Shown in pieces: positions 42,165-53,900 of a DNA stretch of 64,000 nucleotides. The position numbers and the translations under genes were made by a program. Each line of letters begins with the position of its first letter. The stretch's first letter is position 1. Source of the stretch: Leucoraja ocellata (taxonomy: Eukaryota). The stretch spans positions 1,302,001 to 1,366,000 of the forward strand of contig JAWMAR010000327.1 of NCBI GenBank assembly GCA_036785375.1, read 5' to 3'. The notes beneath the pieces were generated by a model. That model ran no database searches. It worked only from the letters and a program-made list of their open reading frames with translations, and was not told the origin of the DNA.

Positions 42165-42191
42165 CTAAAACGCCCTATTTTCACCTCTCAT
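42165..42191 (-). other. Short upstream ORF MRGENRAF* in NR2F1 5' leader
   Basis: ATG at 42191-42189, TAG at 42167-42165; assumes a TSS near 42355. Confidence 0.4.
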
Positions 42192-42330
42192 GCGGAGTGG
42201 AGAGAGAAAGGGAGGAAAGAAAAAACAACTGATAGAATATGCAAGGGGGAGACAAAATGAATGCGTTTAAACGGGGAGACTAGCGGAGCAATTTTTCCGA
42301 AGGGGGATCTGCGCGAATGTCTGTATATAG

Positions 42331-42343
42331 TGAACTTTGACAC
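42331..42343 (-). promoter_or_regulatory. DR1 nuclear-receptor element GTGTCA-A-AGTTCA (retinoid / COUP-TF response element) at the probable TSS
   Basis: Motif seen directly; a DR1 RARE of this type is described at mammalian COUP-TF promoters. Confidence 0.75.
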
Positions 42344-42344
42344 T

Positions 42345-42520
42345 ACTATTGAAACTGACACGTTTCTATGGAGATCGCTGCCTTATATGGAGCTCATGTC
42401 AAGGAGCCAAGAGAGGGGCTGTTGGCAACTGATAATCAAAGGCGACTGGTCATAGCCCTGAATTGGGGCTGGGGAGTCTAAGGTTAGCCAGCCTCCTGCT
42501 CACTATTGGTTAGCCGTCTT
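42345..42520 (-). promoter_or_regulatory. NR2F1: NR2F1 core promoter: CArG box/TATA-like CCATATAAGG (42390-42381), CCAAT boxes (42466-42462, 42509-42505)
   Basis: Motifs seen in the expected order and spacing upstream of a ~760-nt leader. Confidence 0.7.
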
Positions 42521-43778
42521 ATTTATTACCTACGACGCTCTGACAAGCAAAATTTACATTAGATCTCCTGCGCTGGTATTTACTTTGAGACCTTATTAGT
42601 ATGGGTCGCTTGTGGTCACCGCAAAAAAGCGAAACCCAGGACCCCGTGCTTGTAATAAAACAATGCAGCGAGCAGCCTCGAAATGTCACATTATCACAAA
42701 AGTTAGTTGACAATCAAACTTTCTCTTTGTATATAAGAAGTCTATTGTTTGAAAATAAATAAATAAAACAGACACCCTCCTGTCTTTTGTGTCAAAGAGA
42801 AAAAGCACTCCGTTTTTTCCTCTTGTAATATTAATTCGGCGAGCGACCTATTTTTTTTTTAAATATATTTCATTTTTATTCTGCTTTTGGATTGCGCTTT
42901 GAGGCACCGCTGCAATGCCGGTGAGATTTCCAATTGTGATTTGCAGAAGAAGAAAAGTTGCCATTGTCTTGAAGACCGGGGAGCTGTGCTTGCAAGTGTA
43001 GGATAAGTCCAGCAGAAAGTGCGGAGGCTGTTAACGTGTTTGACGTAAATTAAATCTCAGAACAGCTGTATCCGGCTGCCATCTAGCGTACAGTAGACAA
43101 TTATCAAATATAATACACACACCCAGCCGGATAATCCACCAGATGGGCTTTTATTGAGGGATTTGTTTAATGCGAATAATTTATTGAATTTTAAAGTAAG
43201 TATTTTTAAACTTTTAATCCAAATGTTATTAACCCTAAAATTTAGGAATTAATTATTAAATGAGCGGGAAAGGGGAATCCCCCCTGTTCAAGTTACACAA
43301 ATTATTATTTGTTTCTCATTGTTCCATCTTGCCCTGTTCCACACATGCATTCTGAAATGTCAAACATTATTCCTAGTTTCTTTTATCACCTATTTTCTTT
43401 AAAAACAATTGATGTAACAATACACCTTTTATCTTTGAGACGCAAATAGACCATCAGCGACAAACAGCACAATCCTACAAAATTAATAAACATACAGATT
43501 CCGTGCTATCCGTATTTAGTTAGTACATTTGATGCAAAAAAAAACTAAATGCAAACTCCTAAAGCCACGCCATTGATATACCCCATAGAGGTTTCTTAGC
43601 AGTTTTCAGAAATATTTTATAGTAGAAACACACATGTAAATTTGACTATCAAGTTTATTTTTTATAAAAAGGAGCTGCATGTTTGCATCTTGCCTTGATT
43701 AAATACTACAAACGCATTGCATCCTCAACCGCCCCTTTTGTATATGCATTGATGAAACGCCGTTATTGACTATGCAAC

Positions 43779-43942
43779 NNNNNNNNNNNNNNNNNNNNNN
43801 NNNNNNNNNNNNNNNNNNNNNNNNNNNNNNNNNNNNNNNNNNNNNNNNNNNNNNNNNNNNNNNNNNNNNNNNNNNNNNNNNNNNNNNNNNNNNNNNNNNN
43901 NNNNNNNNNNNNNNNNNNNNNNNNNNNNNNNNNNNNNNNNNN
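43779..43942. other. Assembly gap (N run)
   Basis: N characters. Confidence 1.
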
Positions 43943-46900
43943 AGTCTCAGCCATGGCTTATGATTAGTGAAAAGGTGAAACGAATAAGATTAGAGGGGAC
44001 AAAGGAAAAATTCTGTAAGTGTATCATCAGGGGTTTCCTCCTCAGAATGGGATAGAGTGGACATTGGAAGGGAGGCTGCCTCTCTTCTTGCAACTTGCTT
44101 GAAGTGTAAAGATCTTTAAGCAGGCACCTGTAAGCGGCGGGATCGCGAGTCGGCAAAGCAAGCCAGCAGGCAAGTACCAACTTCACTTTCATTGTCTCTA
44201 TTCCACTTGGCTTTTAGCAATGCCGCTTAAAACTAGTCCGCGGCTGGCTGAAACGTGACAAATCTTGTTAACTCAGCCTCAAACATGACGCCGACCAAAG
44301 ACTGCTTTATGTGGGTCGGAAACAAATATTTATCACTGTTAATTGCACAAGACGCACTGGGATAATAAGGCTGATCGTGACGGAGCAGTTCCCCCACGGT
44401 CGCAACAGCGTTTTTCGAGGCCATTCTGGTGCGTATTTGCAAAAGAAAAGGGGCGGCGATGAATGTATTAATGTAGAGTGTGTTTTTGATATCCACTGAT
44501 GCCGGCTTTAATATGTAGGCTGTGTACTTATAGCGCAGTGGGGCAGAATTCCATCTTCCAGTGTCAGTTTATGCGATCTTGTGTAAAAAAAAAATCGAGG
44601 GCGCTGTGGAAACCAAGGCATTACTAACTTGTGCGGCTCTGAAAGTAAGCTTCTCACCTGCACTGTTTGTTGTTTGGTCACCTAATGAAAAGATCGATCG
44701 GCCAATGTTTGGCTAAGCGATAGTGTCAACAGATAAAGGAACAGTAAAATGATCGACTGTGCCGGTATAGAGGGACACAATACACACACTGCTACCACCC
44801 GCCCGATCCCTCAGTCTCTCTCAGTGCTCCCTCGCCCTCTCTTTTTGTGCTGCTCCATTTCAATTAACACAGCAGTATGGTGTTAGAAGGCAGCGCAGGA
44901 GATGAAAGTTCAGCGCCGTAAGTTAAAGAGAAATACGGGATTCAATGCTCGGCTCGCATCCGAAGAAAAAAAGAAGTGGGGTTTGCTGAGGGTGGGAGGG
45001 CATGTTGTGGTAATTGCAACGGAGAGGCGCTCTGGGGGGTGGGGGCTGGGGGGGGACACGGAAAGCTCCTCGTTGGGTGGTAGAATGGTTTGAGGCTGGG
45101 GCAGAGAGAGGATGAGCCGGTGGCATAGCGGCCTGGAGTCGCTACATTTCATGCGTTCTAACTTCCATACATTCCGGCATTCATGACCATACCTCGACTC
45201 TTGCTGTACCTGTCAGAGCGCGTCCGGCTGTATGACTTTGTTACTCTTCTACTTATTTTAGCATCTGTGGATCAGAGTCGCTTTCCAAGGTGCATTCAAA
45301 AATTCACTCACATTCAGTCCTCGCACTGAAAAACAAAACAAGCACATTTCTGGTTACATTTCACGTCTGTGGATTTTATTTAAAAAAAATTACAGGTATT
45401 TAAATAAGATCGCGGGCCATTGCTTCGTCCAACAAATTAATTTCCCCGGCTAGATGTTACTCGAGTAACCTTGAATTCAGGTTGCTGAGGACTTCTTCAG
45501 ATATGTCCAAATGCAATCTTATAAATGTTGAAATAAACATTAACCGTGATAACAATTCATATACACTCCATCCAGGGAGAAGATTTTTCAGTGGAAAATT
45601 AATGCATTTTCCCTTCATTTTTCCAACCAACCCACCCACCAAGAGCATCTGGCTTGTAGACATTTGTAAATCTCAAAAGAAAAAAAAGGCTGGTCTTTTA
45701 GTTAGATCTCCTCCCCCCAGTTAAGGCCGCTGACCTGTCCCATTGCCCAAGATTTTTTTTTTGCCGAACTCCCGAGGGCAAAAAAAAGAAAGAGAATTTT
45801 AACTTTTCCAGCTGCATCGAGTCAGCTACGGTGCAAAACTTTTTTTTTTATGTCAAGTTTTCTTCCAGTTTTCTTCATCAAATGCAAACATGCACTGTGA
45901 ACCATTTAAAGGACAAGTCTGAGTTTTAAGCACCTGATTTTCACTTGCGCCGATCAACTAAAAGACACTGATATCATAAACCATGAAGTACACTCAATGC
46001 CTTTCGAGTTTGTGCTGCACTTTTATCTGTTCCGTATTCTCACGGTATTGCAGCACAAAGTTGGTCGCCTGAACGATGGCCCAGCTAATACTAAAACGGT
46101 TTATGCCTCCAGAACGCACAGGACACTTATTTCAGGTAAACAACTAAAGCACAAAACACTGCTAGCTTCCCTGACCGATCATTTAAAATGTCCTATGTGT
46201 CCTGCAGCTAAATCTCATTACATTTAATCTTCAATAAATATGGCGAACAATTCGAGGTGAAATTCAGTAGTGGACTGAGACAGGCTGAATCCTACACTAT
46301 ATGGTGCATCTTTTCTGTGCTTCGTTCTGTCCAGAAAGTTGTGTTTTAGTCACAGTAGGGTAGTGACAGATGCGAAAAGGTTTAGCTGTTTATATAAGCA
46401 ATTCCGGGTTTCTGGATATTTTTACTCAACTGTAAACAGGCACGGAGAACTTTTAGGTCACATCGTACGTGTGATAATAACAGCCAGATGTTTAAAACAC
46501 ATAAAATATACACGAAGCTTTTTTTTTTCCTTAAAAAAAAGCTAACTCTCGTTCTTTAAGTCTCTTGAAGCGTCAAAGAGAAGAGGAGGGGCCCTTTGTC
46601 CGAATTCAGCCCTGGGTATTCTCGGGGTGAATTTGGTGTGAAAGAGACGGCAAGGTCACTTGACATCGCCTTTTATCTACTGGCATTTTCTCTGTGGATC
46701 ATCGGATCTGAATAGACACATCTAATCGCACTTAATGGAAACTTGGCGAGAAAGCGAGAGCCCGCCTTCACCTGCATTTACCGTTAGAATCAGCGCAGCT
46801 AATTGCCTCACACCCATTGCTTTAATATAATCTCAAAAACAAATCGAAAGCCTTAGGAATTCTTGGAGGCTTTCTAATTGGCTTGTAATAAACCCAAATT

Positions 46901-48740
46901 TTAACTCAATCCTCTTCCATTGACATGTCTGAGGGTGCTCTAAGTGAGCAAGTTTGTAATGAACGTGATAGATTTAGATGATAATACTACTGGCGATGGC
47001 AAAACAGTTCAGTGTTCAAAACTTTTGCAAATACGTTGCTGCTGCGAACTCCTAGCATCTCTTGCTTCGTTTGGCAATCCATGCACCAGTTTCTAACAAC
47101 AATAGAATGGATAAATCATTCCAACCATTGTTTTGTTTTTTTACCCTAAAGCGAGTTTTTGAGAATATTTGATGTTCTTCTCATTGACAACCTAGCCACC
47201 CTCTGCATAAAACAGAAACCCCCCAGCCGTATTTGCGGCAATGTTTGCAAACATTATTATCTGTACTAGCAGGAACAATACTAATACTAGGCGACTTAGA
47301 GTCAATAGATGTACGATTCTAACAGCGTATTTAATGGCCAAGACTAACACTAAATAAGCCGAAAGCTTCCATTTCGCTGCCATAACGAGTCGCATAAAAG
47401 ACAGAAACAAACACGGTATTATTTTAGAAATGCAGCACCTTTCAAAATTGGAACACATGTAATGCAAATAGACGTTAGTTGTGTTACAAAACAAAAGTAG
47501 CTCATAGCCGAACAAGACAAGAAGATATTTGAACAATGCGAATAAAGTGCACACTGATATGGCTAAACATTCACAACATAGCCTCTGGATGTGAACTTAA
47601 AGTGCACACCAGATTAAATGAAACGTTAGATCAAAATGGTTTGATGCAATAGTAAAGCTTTCAACTTTCACAAATTGTCGATGTGAAAGTTTTTTCCCGA
47701 TTATTTAGCCATGGAATATGCCTTCAGAGCAGTAGTGTTTCAGCAGTTGTTTTTTGAGCAAGTACTAATCGCAAACAATGATGTTAAGATTACTTTTATA
47801 ATTAGACGGTCGTTGGATCTTGTTGGAAGGACTGTCAGATACAGCTATAGGTAATTGCTTTATTGCCCACAAAACCGCCATCTATTTAGAACATATGTGC
47901 TAATTACGGTGGATGGGCGTATAAACAGACACCATGAATCTATTAGGACCGAAAAACACCATTGACTGTTTAAGTTTAATGCTCTATTTACAACTAATAA
48001 ACATAGTTCCATCATCTCGCAGTAGTAGGCAAGTGATGTTTTTTTGCGGATGGGAAAAAGTTCGATAGATACACATTATCAAACTTTCCCTCTGTCCTTT
48101 TAGTTATATCCGTGTACCTATTCACTGAACCAAATTGAGCCAAATTGTTTTGAGTTAAGTGGATTCTCATGATCGATAGTTTCAATTGTTCAAGTAAAAG
48201 TTTGCAAACTTTCACTTAACACATTAATGGCAATCTTGGCTCTTCAATACCATTCTGATCAGATGGTATTTACTTTTGTGGAAGTAGTCAACCTTTCAGG
48301 TCGTGACGAGTACTTGGCTAAATGGTCTGACAGTAATAACTTGATATCCTTTTCTGGACATTCTTCACATTAGTTGTTATTCTATATGAAAAGCCTGTTG
48401 TTGCATGTCCTCATTCCCATTTTCTCTAGGAACCTGGTCAGTTGAAAATACTGTAGTGTTAAACTTGTATTTGTATGAACTGGCAGTTTGGTTATTGTGC
48501 TGTTTGATTCAGTCGTGGTATTAATTGTTGTAGGTAGGTTTAAATAGTCCATGTGAAAAGGTTTTTCTTAAAAAGTTTCCAAGCTCTGTTTCCCGACAAA
48601 TATCTAGTACAATTGGGGTTTGTGGGACCGAGAAACAGAGGTGCGTGATTTGTGGAAATAAATCAGCAAGAAGACTCTTAGATATATAGATGGCAGCGGA
48701 ATCGTTCATGGATCCCACTATTAAGTACTTCAGATTTTAA

Positions 48741-49190
48741 GCGTGGCTCTGTTTGTTGCGCCGGAGCCTTTGACCGAGAAGGTTTCGGGTTTAAGTCCCA
48801 CTCCGTTTATTTAAGTGTAAGATGCAGCCTGGCGCTCCATGCAGTGCAGAGGGAGTGCTGCATTTTTTTGAGGTGTTCTTGAGGAATGGACTTTGAACTG
48901 AAGCCGTACGAGTTTTCTCAGGTAGACTTAAACATTCCAATGGCACTTCGTCGAACAAGAGCTTCGGAGAATACCTGCTACCAGACTACTGTTGATCTCT
49001 TAACCGATGTGTCAGTAACAAGAGAAAACCCGGTCACAAACACCCTACTAAGTGTGGCAAGCTTGCATTGCGCAAATTGCCCTTTTGTTTTTACTTCATT
49101 AACACAGTAACCAAGTTTCAAAATGACTTAATTGACAGGAGGGGACAATGGGACGTCCCGATGCAGAAGTGGACTGCGAGTTGTTAAAAA
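48741..49190 (+). mobile_element. Near full-length, diverged tRNA-derived DeuSINE (SacSINE1-like)
   Basis: B-box-like ggtttaagtcccactcc; cagtgcagagggagtgctgca; ctcaggtagacttaaacattccaatggcact; cttgcattgcgcaaattg; tgggacgtccc are collinear with the recalled SacSINE1/Deu consensus. Confidence 0.7.
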
Positions 49191-50811
49191 CATTAACTTG
49201 TTATATCGACTTGTTAATTGGGTGTCCATTAGTTCGGATATAATGCTGCGCATCTGTCTGGGAAGGTGACAGTTCTTGTGAATTAAGCAGCAAACGAGCG
49301 CATTCCCAAAGTGTACAACAAAGTATCAAATAACTCTCTCCACCCCCTCGCTTCCACCCCCCTCCCAAAGGGCTGTCACGTATCATAAAGAACACAATCT
49401 AAAAAATATTATGACGATAACAGGATATTTAATGCAATATTATTTGTTTTCTTTCCAAACGGCAAAGTACTTAAATAGTGGGGAAACTGTCGAGCATATC
49501 GCAAGCTGAAGTTAATCAGAAAACCTAATAATTCTTTACCTAGACTAGTTAAACGTAGGCCAGTTCTTCTGGTGCATTGGTGAATAAATAAAACAGAACA
49601 TTTCCTTTACATTTTAAATAGACATAATAATCAGAATACAATGTATTAATAAGTTAATTGAATTTTCAATCTGGTAAGCATGATTAGAACCATATTATTC
49701 TAATCTGTATCTCAAACATGCATATAACATTTCGTGTGTGGACTTCAAGCTAATGTCATTATTAAAGTTCCTAATTCTCAATTCACGTATAGCTGAAAGA
49801 GTGGTCAAAGAGAGACGTGACAGAACGCAATCTTCCACCTAGAATTCGAGCTGCAGTGGTTAATTTTGTTTCAATAGATAGGGCGCTGCTGATGTTTGAT
49901 CACGTGACCTATAACCTGCTGAAGAGTGGGCAGCATTTGAATCAATGTCATTTTTTCCCCTCCTTTTATGTCTTTTAAGAAACCATCGAATCTCATGCAA
50001 CATATTCCATCATGCAAGGAAGATTGTTGACGAAATAATCATTTGAATTGTTACTGCAATAGATGAAAAAAACCTCCAAGGTGGTCAATGTAACCCCTTC
50101 AGGTGACATTGCTGATCATATGAATCGATAGGCTTTTGACTGATTAAAATTGCATTCAATGTTGTTTGTATGTAAGGCGCCAAACGCATCCAACCTCCTC
50201 TGTGTGCGCCTGGATTGGGGGAAGGGAACAGTCTGGCAAGCTGGAAAGCAGAAGTGGGATACAAATTATCAGTTATGCGTGTATCATTGGAGCAGAGATA
50301 ATGTGTGCGTCTTTCGAGCTGTGAGCGCGGAAAGTCAGACCTTGGCGTAGATGACATATCCCACCTTGCACTATATACAAATCGCCGTTCTTGGTGGGGG
50401 AAAAAAGAGCCATATGCAAGTTGTTGCATATTTACCCAAATGAAGTCAAATCCTCTTGATATGAAATATATACACGATTTTCTTCATGAACGGGTTTTAG
50501 TATAATGCGTTAAGAGAGAAAACATTGAAGTGTGTAACAAAAATATCGAAAACCCGTGCGTTTTGCGAGGAGGATAGGCAGGCGTTGTAGGGAGGGCTGG
50601 ACGGTGGTCGCGTTTAGTTTTGAGCTCCCAGTGGAGGCATGGAGCGAAATTGTTCCATTACCAGGTCTTTATTGCCCTCTCATCTCACATCTCAGGTGTT
50701 TGCACAGCTCCTCCTCTGAGGTTCTCCCACACAAATGACAGAAAATGTGCTTTAATGATTTTGTTGAAAGTGAAGGAAAGTCGACAGTGTCTTATTGAAA
50801 TGAAAGGTGGC

Positions 50812-50920
50812 GGGGAGGGGTGGGGGGTGGGGGGGGGGGGGGGGAGTGAGGAGGGGGGGGGGGGGGGGCGTGAGGAGCGGGGAGGGGTGGGTGAGCAGAG
50901 TTGGTGGTGGGGGGCGGAGG
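50812..50920 (+). repeat. G-rich low-complexity tract with G-quadruplex potential
   Basis: Many runs of 4 or more G with short loops. Confidence 0.85.
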
Positions 50921-53900
50921 CGATGGCAGAGGTGGATGGGTTGAGAAGGCAGCAAATTCGTAATGAGAATAAAGACATTGTGAATTTCAGTTCTCCTGGC
51001 GTTAGAGAGCATTTTCAGATGCCGCATCGACCAGAACAGAAAACTTGCAATAAACAAAGTCTTAATATCGTGACTAAAAGTATTGTTCATTTAAAAAGTG
51101 TGCTTTCTACAGAATGAAGCCACTGTACCAGGGTATACGTTGCGCCTATTTAAGATGCATTTGGTTTAGGTGCTTTATTTTGCCAAATTGTCCCGACGCT
51201 TTACAATTTAAACTCTTTTGTTCTGCACCAATATTTCTCAGTACACTTAGTACACACGAGATCCCCCAACAACCTCCATATAACGTTTTTTTTAAAGTCT
51301 ATCTTATTGCAAGTTTGTTGAGTATAGAATGCGAAATGTTAAAACCTTTATATCCCACCCGACACAACAAGGGCCAAAAGGGACACTTGTCTCTATCTAT
51401 GATCAGGTCGTGGCAACTTTTACGTTCATAAAAACGAACAGCATATACTTAATATTAGTCTGTCACTGATTGCCACATACCTAGTGAAGCAAGAACTGAC
51501 AAAACATGGTTGTATTTTTTATAATGTAGAATGGTGCATAATCTTTCAGGTTTTTTTTGGAGGTCAGAAGAATAAAGATGGGAGAGAATAGAAACACCTT
51601 CTTAGAAAGCTCACATTTATGAATATATTAACACATCTCCAACATTTCTGGAGCAGCTGCCGATGAAATAGCATTTACGACGCTGGCGATACCTTCAATT
51701 ATTTCAACAGTAAATTGTGGCGATCTCGCTCTCGGCGTCCACCAGGATCCTGTATCCCGTGTAATTACCGCTATCATATGCAACAACACACTGTATAGTG
51801 CCTTATATGCTTTGCTTTTTTATGTAATGAACAGTAAAATTTTATTTTCATATGCATAAATACAACGGCCACTTGTAATGCCGATACCACTGCGATATTA
51901 CCGGGACCATGTACACGTGTACATTCATACACAGATTACACTGATAATTCAGCGGGTCTCTGCTACTAATGCCGAATACCCATTTATTAACTGTCTGCAT
52001 TTCCGGCTAAACAAAGTAACTTTTGTGAAATGAGACAGATCCCTCACGAACACGTACCATTAATTGCGTTGGAAAATATTGTTTCATCGCGCAACTGATT
52101 TTGACATGACTCTTTTGTACTGATTCGCTAGGAGTCTAATACTGTACTTTTACGCCCGTGGTTTTTATATTGTTAATGGCTTTGTGGTAAACTGACCAGA
52201 AGCAACTGTATGTAATATGCATAGAACGGTTCATTTCATTCAGATTATAGTTCCATTTCCAGTATCTTATTAAGACAGAATTATCTATCTATCCATCTTT
52301 CTGATTGATATGTAATATATGGCAAGAGGCTGAAAAGTGGGCTGCAGGGAGACAGACCATGTTTAAAATCGATATTTAATCCGTATCTGTTACAAAATAT
52401 GATTCTCTTTCGCTTCGTGACACATCTTCATAAGTTAAACCCAAAGTCATAAAGATAGCGTGCAAGCTCTCTGAGCCCTTCCTGAAATATCTGTATTTGT
52501 GTAGTGAGATGGGCAGATCATTTGGGAGCCGGAGCTCGGAGCTCGGAGCAGACAGCCTGTCGTGTGCTCACCCACGACTAACATATAACAATCAATATTT
52601 TACAGTGTAATTGCGACTGATATTTGGGTCACATCAAACTTCTACGGAGTCGGTGTTATGATCCAGAGTTATGTTTTTGCTCAATTGCATTTACGAAAGC
52701 AAAAGGTTCTTTAAGTCGACTTTTCAGCACACACACTATTCTTAATTATTTACTTTGTGAAATGGCCCCAGATTCATTAGATCACGCCAGGGTCAAGTTC
52801 TTTCTCACGTGTCCAACTAATTAAGTTTCATACTCAGTAATTTTGGGCCAAGTAATAAAAGTCCATTTAGCCTTAGGTGCACATTTTGGGATCAGCATTT
52901 AACCCAATGAAATTATTAGCACTGGACAATCAACTTAGAATGTAACCCAGCCAAATGAAATGATTCCCTAGTATTTTCTTTGCTGTATGTTGTGAGTGTC
53001 TATGGTATCCCCCAGGGCTCCTTCTCCTTGCCTGCTCCCTGATTTCGTGTATAAAAGCAGCTCTGAATGATGGATCACTGTGTCATTGCAGCCTGCGAAG
53101 GATTAATTTGTTTCATTGATTTCTCTTTAGGCAGAATGCCAGGATTCGCTGCTTCCCACCTTTACAGGATACTTCCAGCAGTAATAGACGGTAATAGCCT
53201 AAGACAAATCAGCCTATTCTTGTAAAAATAGAACCACAAAGCCCAAATCCCCCAGTTGGCAGCAAGGGTGCACCTTTTCTACTGCATTCCAAGGACATTA
53301 ATAAATAAACTGTGTTTTTTTTTACATTATTAAGGATCTTTTGTTTCTCTAAAGACAATGAGATGAAAAGCTTGCAAGGCACAATCTCTGCAGGCATTCT
53401 TAGTTTTGTTAAAAAAAAAACTTCGGGAAGTCAGATTCTTTGATACAAGTTACTAGCTCTGCATAGTTGTGTTCAATACAATCCACATGAGAAACATATT
53501 GGCTAACATTAGATCAATGAGCAACCATACTTGAATATTCAAATAAATAATGTACAGGGCAGTTTGAAAACAGTTGCAGTAACCATAAAAAAAACCCCTC
53601 AAAATATCGTACAGCATATGGTAACTAATGTAATGACTGTATTCCATTTAGCATCACTTGCACAATTCTTTATAACAATATCAATGATTTTACTGAGCTT
53701 TTTCTTCATCATTGCTGAATATGCATTAAAATAGTTAATTCATACTTTTTATATCTTACAAAATTATACCTTCATTCATGTCAATTTAAAGCTCTCTCAC
53801 AACTAATTAATAAACTGATTGTCCAGAAATTATTTGATGCGCAGTTGATTAATGACACGAAAGCTTCAATATGTGTGTCCCTTGGAGGTGCATTGCATAA

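Noticed and set aside
48741-48805. tRNA gene
   Set aside because: Only a degenerate tRNA-derived SINE head; no cloverleaf
50620-51117. Gly-rich and Pro-rich ORFs on both strands
   Set aside because: Products of a poly-G tract; no domain or splice structure
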